From: Oscillospiraceae bacterium
Lineage (GTDB): Bacteria; Bacillota; Clostridia; Oscillospirales; UBA929
Length of the DNA: 64,000 nt
Reading direction: 5' to 3'
NCBI GenBank assembly: GCA_009782385.1
Contig: WRJE01000003.1
Location: forward strand, 1,711 to 65,710
Notes under the pieces: generated by a model
What the model was told of the DNA's origin: nothing
The model's input: only the letters and a program-made list of their open reading frames with translations
Database searches by the model: none
Position numbers and translations under genes: made by a program
Part shown: one piece after another, positions 17,788-26,693 of the stretch
How positions within the stretch are numbered: the stretch's first letter is position 1
Layout of the letters: every line of letters starts with the position of its first letter

Positions 17788-19194
17788 CTATTTCGTGAGC
17801 CGTTTTGACGGACTAATTATATCTGTAACGCGCACACCATAGTTGTCATCAATGACAACGACCTCGCCTTTCGCAATCAGCTTTCCGTTAACCACAACAT
17901 CTACGAGTTCGCCTGCCATCTTATCAAGTACGACAATAGTTCCAACGTTAAAATCAAGAATTTCACGGATGTATTTTGAACTCTTGCCCAACTCGACCGA
18001 TACGGAGAGCGGCACATCCATCAGAAGATCCATGTTCTCGCCGCCGGCTGCCAAACCTAAACCGCCTGAATCAAAACTTCCGAAATTAGCCGGGTGTACA
18101 TCCACCAAGGGTTGCGGCGGCGGCGCGTATTGCGGCTGATACTGGGGCGGCGGCGCGTACTGAGGCGGATACTGCGGAGGATATTGGGGCGGATATTGCG
18201 GTGGATATCCGGGGTCAGGATACTGCGGTGGCGGCGGCGCGTATTGCGGCTGCTGGTCGAAGTATCCGGGCGGCGGTGGCGGGGGAGCTTGCTGCTGAGG
18301 CGGCGGCTCTTGATATGCCGGCTGCGGTGGCGGCGGAGGTGGTGGCGGTGGAGGAGCGGCTGCCGCTTGTGGCTGAGGTGGCGGTGCTGCTGCGGGTGCG
18401 CTCTCGGTTATTCCTGCCGCTTCGGCCGCGCCGCCGCTGTGAAGTCTTGATACTTGGTGTTTCGCGAAATCAATAGGCATAACCTGCATGATTTCGCTGT
18501 TGATAAGTCCTTCGACCACCATAGAAAAACTGGTGCAGACGAAAATCTCGTCAATATCTTTATAGACCAGAGCCGCGTCTTCGGAGAGATTGACTTGGAA
18601 AGAGCGGGGGGGCGATATGTCGATGCTAATACCCATCAGCTTGGCAAGGGATGTGCTTGATGAGCCAACCATCTGGTTCATAACCTCGCTGATTGCGGAC
18701 AGGTGCAGTTCGGTCAAGTCGGCCTCGGTGTTTGTGCCGTCGCCGCCCATTAACAGGTCGGTTATTATTTTAACATCAGTTTCGCGTAAAAACAAGATAT
18801 TTGTGCCTTCGAGCCCGATAGTATACTGAACTTCAACGACAACGAAAGGCATGGGGTATTCGGAAGCTATCTGACGCATTGTCGTGAGCTTAACCTTGGG
18901 TGTGGTTATATCTACCTTGTGGCTAAGAAGCGCGAAGAGCGTTGTCGCCGCCGTACCCATGCTGATGTTGCCGATTTCGCCGAGGGTGTCGATTTCCATC
19001 GGGGTCAAAAGTTCGTCCGTGTTCGGAATCGGGGCGATTGGGGCGGATTCGGCGACCGTTTCTTCGGGGGCGATGTCGCTTATATCGGCGGCACTTATAT
19101 CAGCGGCCGGTTCCGCTTCGGGTTCGGAAGCATCGGGTAGAACATCTCCGCTAAGAAGGGCATCGATTTCTGCCTGTGAAAGACCGCTACTCAT
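17788..19194 (-). CDS. fliY: Flagellar motor switch phosphatase FliY (CheC-like + FliN domains) with a ~108-aa proline-rich linker
   Basis: The N-terminal EIDALL peptide, CheC-like segments ([29 protein letters not shown]) and a C-terminal FliN/SpoA domain (VSVELGKS...IVVLDK...[17 protein letters not shown]). Confidence 0.85.
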   Translation of the reverse strand: MSSGLSQAEIDALLSGDVLPDASEPEAEPAADISAADISDIAPEETVAESAPIAPIPNTDELLTPMEIDTLGEIGNISMGTAATTLFALLSHKVDITTPKVKLTTMRQIASEYPMPFVVVEVQYTIGLEGTNILFLRETDVKIITDLLMGGDGTNTEADLTELHLSAISEVMNQMVGSSSTSLAKLMGISIDISPPRSFQVNLSEDAALVYKDIDEIFVCTSFSMVVEGLINSEIMQVMPIDFAKHQVSRLHSGGAAEAAGITESAPAAAPPPQPQAAAAPPPPPPPPPPQPAYQEPPPQQQAPPPPPPGYFDQQPQYAPPPPQYPDPGYPPQYPPQYPPQYPPQYAPPPQYQPQYAPPPQPLVDVHPANFGSFDSGGLGLAAGGENMDLLMDVPLSVSVELGKSSKYIREILDFNVGTIVVLDKMAGELVDVVVNGKLIAKGEVVVIDDNYGVRVTDIISPSKRLTK

Positions 19195-20185
19195 TATCTG
19201 AAACCTCCTCGCGGATTAATTCCGTTATCCTAACGGCGTATCTATTGTCCTTAACACCTATTATACCATGAAACTTGGGTAAATGTCCAACCTTTAATGT
19301 TAACGGCAGGTTAATGTTGTGGTCAAGCTGAATTATATCACCCGCTTGAAGCCCTAAGATGTCACGCACGTTGCTTCCTGTCTCGGTGAAAACGGCGGTT
19401 ACCGGAAGCGGTGTCGTCTGAATCCGTGTCTTAATGTCGTCTGTCTTTGAGGCGTGCCTCCGCGCGTCGCTTGTTGTAAACATAAGTTTTGTGCTTAACT
19501 GCTTCGCTATGGGTTCGAGCGCGAGATGCGGAAGAACAAAATTTATCAAGCCTTCGTTTGAGCCGATTTTTACGTTAATGGTAATTAAGGCTATCGTATC
19601 GGTCATTGAAACAATTTGAGCGAACTGCGGGCTGGTTTCGATACGGTCGAGCATTGTTGTTATGGGAAGTATCTTTGCCCAAGATTCGACAAGCAGCCCG
19701 ATGAACTGGCGTATGATACGTTCTAGGAGAACCAACTCAATTTCTGTGAATGTGCGGCTTATTTCGAGTGAACCCGATTGATTAGAGCCGCCGAGAAGCC
19801 GTGATATCATGACATAAGCGACATCGGGCGCGATGGAGAGCATGGTCGGACCGACAAGCGGCGGCGTTTTGAGGATACCCAGCACAATGGGGGAGGGCAT
19901 CGCGTTAACAAACTCCTGATATTTTACTTCCTCAACGGACACAACGTCCGCCGAACACATGACCCTTAGAGTTCCCGAGAGATATGAGGTGAAAAGTCGG
20001 GCAAATGTATCGTAAATAATATTGAAGGTTTTAATTTGCTCCTTGGAGAATCTGTTCGCCGTGCGGAAATCGTAATCCTTTATTTTCAGCGCGGGGTCTT
20101 CCGCCATGGATTCTGGAGCGACATCACCGGAGCTTAAGGCGTTAAGCAGGGCATCTATTTCACTTTGCGAGAGTACGTCCGCCAA
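19187..20185 (-). CDS. fliM: Flagellar motor switch protein FliM
   Basis: [13 protein letters not shown]-terminal CheY-P binding peptide, the FliM middle domain, and a C-terminal SpoA-like domain. Confidence 0.9.
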   Translation of the reverse strand: MADVLSQSEIDALLNALSSGDVAPESMAEDPALKIKDYDFRTANRFSKEQIKTFNIIYDTFARLFTSYLSGTLRVMCSADVVSVEEVKYQEFVNAMPSPIVLGILKTPPLVGPTMLSIAPDVAYVMISRLLGGSNQSGSLEISRTFTEIELVLLERIIRQFIGLLVESWAKILPITTMLDRIETSPQFAQIVSMTDTIALITINVKIGSNEGLINFVLPHLALEPIAKQLSTKLMFTTSDARRHASKTDDIKTRIQTTPLPVTAVFTETGSNVRDILGLQAGDIIQLDHNINLPLTLKVGHLPKFHGIIGVKDNRYAVRITELIREEVSDNE

Positions 20186-20219
20186 TGCTTATCCCCCCTT
20201 TTGTAATGTACGGCCTTTC

Positions 20220-20450
20220 TTAACTTTCTATATCCTCAAAGTCTTCCTGTGAGATTACTTGCGGAAGACCCAAGAAAACTTTTTGCTTGAAGGCGACAAT
20301 TTTACTTATAACCTCGTCCACGGAATCCTCTACAACCAATTTCTTCCCTGTTGTAGTTGTCAGGACAGTGTCGGGGGTTTCTTCGAGAAATTCAATAAGG
20401 TCGGGATTGATGTAAAACACCTTTCCGTTTAATCTGGATACGCAGACCAT
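20220..20450 (-). CDS. flbD: Flagellar protein FlbD (SwrD-like)
   Basis: 76 aa from the ATG at 20450 (SD GAAGGGGA): MVCVSRLNGKVFYINPDLIEFLEETPDTVLTTTTGKKLVV.ES..EV. This is the FlbD pattern. The upstream part of the 106-aa ORF is leader sequence. Confidence 0.8.
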   Translation of the reverse strand: MVCVSRLNGKVFYINPDLIEFLEETPDTVLTTTTGKKLVVEDSVDEVISKIVAFKQKVFLGLPQVISQEDFEDIES

Positions 20451-20699
20451 AAAAATCCCCTTCCTTACAGAAAATAGCGCACGTAAATACGCAACCAAAT
20501 CCGGTGTAACAGGCAAGCCGGAAATCCGGCGTATAGCCACACGGACTATTATAACACAAGTTGCACCCGGAATGCCAACAATTTTTTCTAAAATAGACGA
20601 ACTTTTTTTAATTATCGGAAAATGCTTGAAAAAATGAACTTGCGGATATTGAAAAAAACCGCGAAAACACAGGGGTTAGCGGTCATGATGAAGTTTTTC

Positions 20700-20728
20700 T
20701 TGACAACCTCCCTCCTCCGTGCTACAAT
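20700..20728 (+). promoter_or_regulatory. Consensus sigma-A promoter driving the T-box leader
   Basis: TTGACA (20700-20705), a 17-nt spacer, then TACAAT (20723-20728). Confidence 0.7.
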
Positions 20729-20734
20729 AACCCA

Positions 20735-20992
20735 AAGCAATGACGGAGAAAGTAAGGAACACGCGAAAGCCTCAGTGAGCCGGGGACAGTGTGAACCCGG
20801 TGTCGGTAACGTTTCCCGAAACTCACTCCCGAGCCGCGTATCGAAAAGGCTTTGCCCCAGTAGGTTACGACGGAATCCCGCCGTTACAAGGGAACCCCGG
20901 TATCGCGTAAAAGGGTGGTATAGCGAAAGCGAACGCTTTCGTCCCATGCGTAAATGTCCAAAGGGCATATATCGTTTGGGGCGATTTTATTT
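20735..20992 (+). promoter_or_regulatory. T-box riboswitch leader (tRNA-sensing transcription attenuator), specifier probably CUC (Leu)
   Basis: - Stem I elements: AATGACGGAGAAAGTA (GA/AGTA), CAGTGAG and GGACAGTGTGAACC.
- Specifier-loop-like GAAACUCACUCCCGAGCC (20818-).
- T-box core AGGGTGGTATAGCG (20912-20925), matching 12 of 14 positions of AGGGTGGTACCGCG.
- CTTTCGTCCC follows the core.
- Terminator TCGTCCCA (20939-46) / TGGGGCGA (20977-84) plus TTTTATTT. Confidence 0.75.
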
Positions 20993-21016
20993 GCCCCTAT
21001 AAAAGGGAGAACTGCT

Positions 21017-22669
21017 ATGAAAACCGATTTTCTGAACTATACCATCGGCGATTGGATGGATAAAATCGCGTCAGAGTACCCGGACAACGATGCTCTGGTC
21101 TATCCGGAGCGCAAACTGCGCCTGTCGTGGCGGCAGCTTAACGAAAAAGCACGCGAAACAGCCAAGGGACTTATGGCTCTGGGAATCACAAAGGGCGACC
21201 ATGTGGCGGCCTGGGCGCAGAACTACCCCGAATGGGCGTATACCATGTTTGCCTGCTCCAAACTAGGCGCGGTAGTGGTGACCGTCAATACTAACTATAA
21301 AATCTTCGAGCTTGAATATCTCCTGCGCCAATCCGACTCAAAAATGCTGCTGTTCTCAGATGGCGTAAAGGGACTGGAATATACGCCTATTATCAAAGAC
21401 CTGCTGACCGGGCTTGAAACACAAAACCCCGATGAGTTTACATCGGAGCGTCTGCCCTTGCTGCGCCGTGTCATACATTTTTCAAAAAACGGCAGCGCGT
21501 CAGGGCTGAAAGGCACAATCACATTCGATGAAATGTTAAAGGCGGGAGAATCGGTATCCGACTTCGCGTTAGACGACATACAAAAAACCCTTGACCCCCA
21601 TGATGTCGTGTGCATACAGTACACATCCGGCACGACCGGATTCCCCAAGGGCGTTATGCTGTCACACTATAACATCCTCAATAACGGCTATTTTATAGGC
21701 AATAACATGAATTTCACACCCGAGGACAGGCTCTGTATACCCGTACCATTTTTCCACTGCTTCGGGCTTGTGCTGTCAATAATGGCGTGTATTACCCACG
21801 CCACAACCATGGTGCCTGTCGAAGCGTACAGTCCGCTCGTTGTGCTAAACGCGATACAGGCCGAAAAATGTACCGCCGTACACGGCGTTCCAACCATGTT
21901 CATCTTCATGCTCGACCACCCTGATTTCGGGAACTACGATGTAAGCTCTCTTAGGACGGGCATAATGGCGGGTTCGACCTGTCCCGTTGAGTTCATGCGC
22001 CGCGTTATCGACCGGATGAATATGTCCGAGGTCGTCATCGTATTCGGTCAAACCGAGAGCAGTCCGGGTATGACGATGTCCCAAACCGATGACCCGATTG
22101 AAAAGCGCGTTTCAACCGTGGGCAGGCTTCTGCCCCATACCGAGGGCAAGATAGTTGACCCCGAAACGGGGGCAACCCTGCCCCCGAATACCCCCGGCGA
22201 AGTCTGCACACGCGGCTACCTGCTGATGAAAGGTTACTATAAAATGCCCGAGGCGACCGCCGCCGCCATTGACGAAGACGGCTGGCTTCACACGGGCGAC
22301 ATCGGCGTGGTTGACGATGAGGGCTATTACAGCATAACCGGGCGTATAAAAGATATGATAATACGCGGCGGCGAAAACGTCTATCCCCGGGAAATAGAGG
22401 AGCTTATCTACCTGCACTCCGCCGTAAAGGACGTTCAAGTGGTTGGCGTTCCGAGCAAAAAGTTCGGCGAGGAGATTTGCGCGTTCATCATACTCAAAGA
22501 CGGCGAAACGGCGGACGAAACAGATATAAAGGGTTTTGTAGCGGAACGTATGTCCCGCCACAAAATACCGTCATATGTGATGTTCACCGATTCGTTCCCC
22601 ATGAACGCCGCCGGAAAAATCCTAAAATACAAAATGCGCGACACCGCCAAGGAAAAATTGAATCTGTAG
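21017..22669 (+). CDS. AMP-dependent synthetase/ligase (acyl-CoA synthetase family)
   Basis: 550 aa from the ATG at 21017 (SD AAAGGGAGA). AMP-binding motifs are YTSGTTGFPKGVMLSH, GEVCTRGYLLMKGYY, WLHTGDIG and GRIKDMIIRGGENVYPREIE. Confidence 0.85.
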   Translation: MKTDFLNYTIGDWMDKIASEYPDNDALVYPERKLRLSWRQLNEKARETAKGLMALGITKGDHVAAWAQNYPEWAYTMFACSKLGAVVVTVNTNYKIFELEYLLRQSDSKMLLFSDGVKGLEYTPIIKDLLTGLETQNPDEFTSERLPLLRRVIHFSKNGSASGLKGTITFDEMLKAGESVSDFALDDIQKTLDPHDVVCIQYTSGTTGFPKGVMLSHYNILNNGYFIGNNMNFTPEDRLCIPVPFFHCFGLVLSIMACITHATTMVPVEAYSPLVVLNAIQAEKCTAVHGVPTMFIFMLDHPDFGNYDVSSLRTGIMAGSTCPVEFMRRVIDRMNMSEVVIVFGQTESSPGMTMSQTDDPIEKRVSTVGRLLPHTEGKIVDPETGATLPPNTPGEVCTRGYLLMKGYYKMPEATAAAIDEDGWLHTGDIGVVDDEGYYSITGRIKDMIIRGGENVYPREIEELIYLHSAVKDVQVVGVPSKKFGEEICAFIILKDGETADETDIKGFVAERMSRHKIPSYVMFTDSFPMNAAGKILKYKMRDTAKEKLNL

Positions 22670-22688
22670 GGGCGGCCTTTGGCCGTCC
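22665..22688 (+). repeat. TGTAGGG-hairpin family member overlapping the ligase stop codon
   Basis: CTGTAGGGGCGGCCTTTGGCCGTCC. The TAG stop (22667-22669) lies inside the TGTAGGG motif. Confidence 0.5.
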
Positions 22689-22705
22689 GCGTTTAGGAGA
22701 TTATT

Positions 22706-23419
22706 ATGACCTCATTCATTCTAAAATGGATTGCCATAGCAAGTATGCTAATCGACCATATCGGCGCGTCCGGTCTGATACCGACCGATGGTCTGCCATA
22801 CTTTGTATGCCGCTCAATAGGGCGGCTGGCGTTCCCTCTGTTCGCGTTTATGATTGCGGAGGGTTATTTTTATACAAAAAACTACAAAAAGTATATCATG
22901 CGGCTGATAGTGTTCATGGCTATAAGCGAGATTCCGTTTGACCTGTTTCTTCGCGGCAGTTTTCCCGTGTGGGAATCCCAGAGTATATATGTGACCTTCA
23001 CAATAGCACTGGCGGGACTGTACTTCTTCGACCATTTCGCGGCAGCCGGAAAGCGTATGCAATCACTGCTGGCATTGCTGACGGCGGCTTTCGCCGCAGA
23101 GCAGTTAAACGCCGATTATGGGGTATACGGTATACTTATAGTGTTTATCTTCTACTTCTACCGTGACCGTCCGCGCTCTGCGGCGGCATGGTTCTCCGCA
23201 GTGGTGATAGTAAACGCTATTCTCAACGCGGTCAGCGCGATGCCTCTGACCAGAAGTGTCATATTCTCACTGATTAACATTTTCGCGCTGTTCGCGCTCA
23301 TCCCAATACTGCTCTACAACCGCAAAAAAGGCTATTCGTCTTCCAAGTGGCAATATTTCTTCTACGCATTTTACCCTGTTCACTTGATAATATTGTATTT
23401 TCTTGCCGGAATGCGTTAA
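22706..23419 (+). CDS. TraX family membrane protein
   Basis: MTSFILKWIAIASMLIDHIGA... This is the typical TraX N-terminus, and the protein is polytopic. Confidence 0.75.
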   Translation: MTSFILKWIAIASMLIDHIGASGLIPTDGLPYFVCRSIGRLAFPLFAFMIAEGYFYTKNYKKYIMRLIVFMAISEIPFDLFLRGSFPVWESQSIYVTFTIALAGLYFFDHFAAAGKRMQSLLALLTAAFAAEQLNADYGVYGILIVFIFYFYRDRPRSAAAWFSAVVIVNAILNAVSAMPLTRSVIFSLINIFALFALIPILLYNRKKGYSSSKWQYFFYAFYPVHLIILYFLAGMR

Positions 23420-24537
23420 TCGCTCGTTAATAGCGGTTTAATGACTTCTATTAAGATACGGTTAAATTCGTCTTTGTTATCAAGCATGGTAAGATGGCTT
23501 GCATTAGGGACTGAGAAAAACTCTTTATGCGGCGCGGAAATTTCTTCAAAGAAACTTTTAGCAAGCGGATACGGTGTTTGATAATCACGCTCACCCATTA
23601 TATAAAACACGGGAATTTCGTAATTTGCCCCATTATCGCGCATATTAAAATCATCTAAAAAATTAAAAAGCGGCTCTGAATAATGAAATGTATTTACATT
23701 CAGATAATACATCAGCTCATTAAATTTATAATGCGGCGATGTAACCGCAAGCATTATAAGCCTAAAGCTATAATCTTCCGCCATGTTATATTTATTCAGA
23801 TATTTTCTGATTCCCCAAAAATTTTCGCCCAATTCCGGGTCAAGTTTTTCCAATGCGGCAATATCTCTCTTATTCCCTTTACTAATCGCAAACTCAAGTG
23901 CCGCATGATACCCAACGGGAGTGTTTTCTTTCATGTTGACAATCTGCCCGACACCTATGTAAGCACTATAATACTGCGGATACTCCCGCACAAGCATAGT
24001 GCCTAAAACCGAACCCCAGCTGTGACCGAGAATAATAATCTTCTCTTTATTTAGTTTTTTCTTTATGTATTGAGTAACCTCATGCGCGTCAGCCAAAACG
24101 GTATCAATCGTCAATGTTTCCAAAATAATTTCGGGGTCGCTTAAATAAAATGTCTTCCCCGCGTTTCGCTGATCCCAATGTACAATCGTAAAATCACTCT
24201 CCCACTCATATTGAAATCCATGCAATAGCGGCATCATCGGCATTCCCGGTCCGCCATGAACATATAGGATTACAGGGTTATCCAAATTTTTGCCCCTAAA
24301 ATACAGTGCTTGGTTAATGCCGCCAATTTCAACAGTTTCCATTAAGTCTATACCGGGAGATTCGATTTTATGGTTCGCGCGTAAAACAGAAGGGTAAATA
24401 AATCGTAATACTAAAAGAAGCAGTAAGCTCAATATAAGTAATACGGCAAAAATAATGCCGATTTTTTTAATGATTGTCCTTATATTAACTTTTGATTTAG
24501 ACATCCAAGCAATCCCCCTTATGTTATGTAATCCCAT
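23416..24537 (-). CDS. Membrane-anchored alpha/beta hydrolase (prolyl aminopeptidase-like)
   Basis: N-terminal TM, an oxyanion HGGPG motif and the nucleophile elbow GHSWGS. The coding sequence is AT-rich. Confidence 0.75.
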   Translation of the reverse strand: MGLHNIRGIAWMSKSKVNIRTIIKKIGIIFAVLLILSLLLLLVLRFIYPSVLRANHKIESPGIDLMETVEIGGINQALYFRGKNLDNPVILYVHGGPGMPMMPLLHGFQYEWESDFTIVHWDQRNAGKTFYLSDPEIILETLTIDTVLADAHEVTQYIKKKLNKEKIIILGHSWGSVLGTMLVREYPQYYSAYIGVGQIVNMKENTPVGYHAALEFAISKGNKRDIAALEKLDPELGENFWGIRKYLNKYNMAEDYSFRLIMLAVTSPHYKFNELMYYLNVNTFHYSEPLFNFLDDFNMRDNGANYEIPVFYIMGERDYQTPYPLAKSFFEEISAPHKEFFSVPNASHLTMLDNKDEFNRILIEVIKPLLTSD

Positions 24538-24546
24538 AACGCGAAG

Positions 24547-25020
24547 TTAAGCTAATAAATGAATATCTGAATCTAAAAAACAATGTAATGAAGTATCAGA
24601 TATATTATTTATCCAATGCAAATAAAAAGACTTCATAAAGGCTGCCATGTCCAAATCTATCCCATCTTTTAGCTTTATCCAATATAGCTTTCCTTCTGAT
24701 GTTTCGTGCAGAGTAGGTTTTTCTTTCAATATGCCTGAAAAATAATAAATACTATGCAGAGCGTTTTCGTGTTTTAGTAACGTAAAATACCGTAATTGTA
24801 AAGTTTCGATTTGCGTAGAACTAATGCCCGTTTCTTCTTCTATTTCACGCAAACACGCCGTAAGCGGTGAAGCCATCTCTGACTGCTCTATGTGTCCGCC
24901 AATGCCTGCCCATAATCCCGGTCCTAAACTTCTATGTTTGCCTCGTTGCATAAGTAAAACCTCGTCTTGCCATTTTAGAAAAGCACCTACTAATATTATT
25001 GTTTGTATATCATTCATCAT
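24547..25020 (-). CDS. NUDIX hydrolase
   Basis: Nudix box GGHIEQSEMASPLTACLREIEEETGI. Confidence 0.8.
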   Translation of the reverse strand: MMNDIQTIILVGAFLKWQDEVLLMQRGKHRSLGPGLWAGIGGHIEQSEMASPLTACLREIEEETGISSTQIETLQLRYFTLLKHENALHSIYYFSGILKEKPTLHETSEGKLYWIKLKDGIDLDMAAFMKSFYLHWINNISDTSLHCFLDSDIHLLA

Positions 25021-25056
25021 AAAGCCCCTTTATTAGTACACGTTAATCGTTGTTTA

Positions 25057-25614
25057 TTAGGAACAGTTATCAATAAATCTCTTAGCTGAAACAAATAATC
25101 CCTCATAATCTATCTTGTCAAATGAAGTAGCGTTTACATTGATTACTTCTCCGCCGAATGAAACTTCTAAAATTTTAGTTTTCAAGACATAATTTTTAAT
25201 TGATTCTTTATTTTCGGCTTTACCGTGAACCCAATGCCTTTCTTTATCCCTGTTAAAATATCTTTCACCTAAAACGTCAAGGTTGCCGCCGAACATAAAA
25301 GTAAGGCAATCACAATCGTTTTTTTTAAGCAAAAGTTTTATTTGTTCACTGTCATGGTGTAAAAAATTGCTTTCAAGAATACATTTCTGCCCGGTTTGTA
25401 AAAATTGTTCGGCTATATGTAGCATTAGCATAAACGTAACTTTACTGCCGGTTTTATATACTTCGCCGCTTTCAGAACCATATCCGTCACCCATTATTTC
25501 TTTAATAATATCTTTACTAAAAAGCGGGATGTTTAATTTTTCTGATAATCTTAAAGCAAATGTAGATTTACCTGCCGCTGGGCAGCCCGTCACAAATATT
25601 ATCTTATTTCTCAA
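25057..25614 (-). CDS. P-loop NTPase / small-molecule kinase-like protein (AAA_33-like)
   Basis: Walker A VTGCPAAGKSTFA at the N-terminus, 185 aa. The substrate is unknown. Confidence 0.6.
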   Translation of the reverse strand: MRNKIIFVTGCPAAGKSTFALRLSEKLNIPLFSKDIIKEIMGDGYGSESGEVYKTGSKVTFMLMLHIAEQFLQTGQKCILESNFLHHDSEQIKLLLKKNDCDCLTFMFGGNLDVLGERYFNRDKERHWVHGKAENKESIKNYVLKTKILEVSFGGEVINVNATSFDKIDYEGLFVSAKRFIDNCS

Positions 25615-25627
25615 GTCTTACACCGCC

Positions 25628-26686
25628 TCAATCTCTCGCGTACCAATCCGGAATCCAAGTTCCGTCTTCTCCCGGACTGTACCCGACACAGAGCTTTTTA
25701 CCCTCAGACACCAACACGGAAGCGCGATGTTCAGGTATTAACCGCACGGATGTCACATCGAAAAAAGCCGGCGTAAGCCGTATCACCGCGTTGCGAAGAA
25801 TGCCGCCGCGTATGGCAAAAGCCGTTGTCCTGTCAAGAAATACCGCACCGCCTAATGTGTATGAAAAAAACACATCAAATCCATCGTCAAGCTCATTTAC
25901 AGAATTATAAACGAGCTGACCGTCACCCCAGAAAGCCGCGCCCAACGGCAGCTTGCCAAGGCACATTTTTACAGCCTCCCGCTCGTCAATCGGTTCGGTG
26001 TCTTCATAATTCGTACCATCGTGATAGACCACAAGCCCGTTTGCGCTGACGCGCAAATTACGCTCATCATCGATGACGACCCAATCTCCGGCTTGCTTGT
26101 ATTTGGATCTCGTGTTGGGGTTGAAACCGAGGCTTTCGAGCAGTTCGGAAAAATAAGGATCGTCAAAGATTCTGAACAATGTGACCGCGAGATAGTGATT
26201 CCCGCTGTCCTCTTCGCCTACAATGGGTTCGGGAAAGTCCGTTGGCTGTGACGTTGAAGAAAAGCCCATATACTTATCCCCGTCATAAACAAACAAACCC
26301 CCGCCGGTAAGAATCATCTCGCGTACTAAAACGCCGTCGAATATATCCGACGCAGTAAAAGAAAGCCCCTCGGCAATAAGCCAAACGGGCGTTGGAAATA
26401 AAAACTCAAAATGCGTTCCGCCGCTTTCCAGCGCGGCATCCCAAGCGCGTCTGTCCAAAGACGCGCTTTCGTCCGCAACGGCAAGGAACACTACCAACGA
26501 TTCTTGATACCTGTCAAAGTCGCCCGAAACGGGACGCGCGGCATCGTAGAACGCGCCGCGCCCGCTCTCCTCGGTAAACGCCGCCGTAAAGTCGTTGTCT
26601 CCCCAATAAAACCAGTTAAGCAGCGTAAGTCCGATTAGAGACAAAAACAGTGCCGCGATTATTACATTTTTAGCGCGTTCAATCAT
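25628..26686 (-). CDS. Membrane-anchored hypothetical protein (possible YycH/YycI-type accessory protein of the upstream kinase)
   Basis: 352 aa from the ATG at 26686 (SD AGGGGA): MIERAKNVIIAALFLSLIGLTLL, then an extracytoplasmic domain. The functional guess rests on operon context only. Confidence 0.45.
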   Translation of the reverse strand: MIERAKNVIIAALFLSLIGLTLLNWFYWGDNDFTAAFTEESGRGAFYDAARPVSGDFDRYQESLVVFLAVADESASLDRRAWDAALESGGTHFEFLFPTPVWLIAEGLSFTASDIFDGVLVREMILTGGGLFVYDGDKYMGFSSTSQPTDFPEPIVGEEDSGNHYLAVTLFRIFDDPYFSELLESLGFNPNTRSKYKQAGDWVVIDDERNLRVSANGLVVYHDGTNYEDTEPIDEREAVKMCLGKLPLGAAFWGDGQLVYNSVNELDDGFDVFFSYTLGGAVFLDRTTAFAIRGGILRNAVIRLTPAFFDVTSVRLIPEHRASVLVSEGKKLCVGYSPGEDGTWIPDWYARD

Positions 26687-26693
26687 GTTTCCC

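Noticed and set aside
18094-18476. Arg-rich plus-strand ORFs (118 and 91 aa)
   Set aside because: They are the antisense reading of the proline-rich (CCN) linker of fliY, since GGN/CGN codons give a spurious R/G-rich frame.
20612-21002. ORFs of 118 aa (minus) and 126 aa (plus) upstream of the AMP-ligase gene
   Set aside because: The region is fully explained by a T-box leader (promoter, Stem I, T-box core, terminator). The ORFs have no SD and read through conserved RNA elements.
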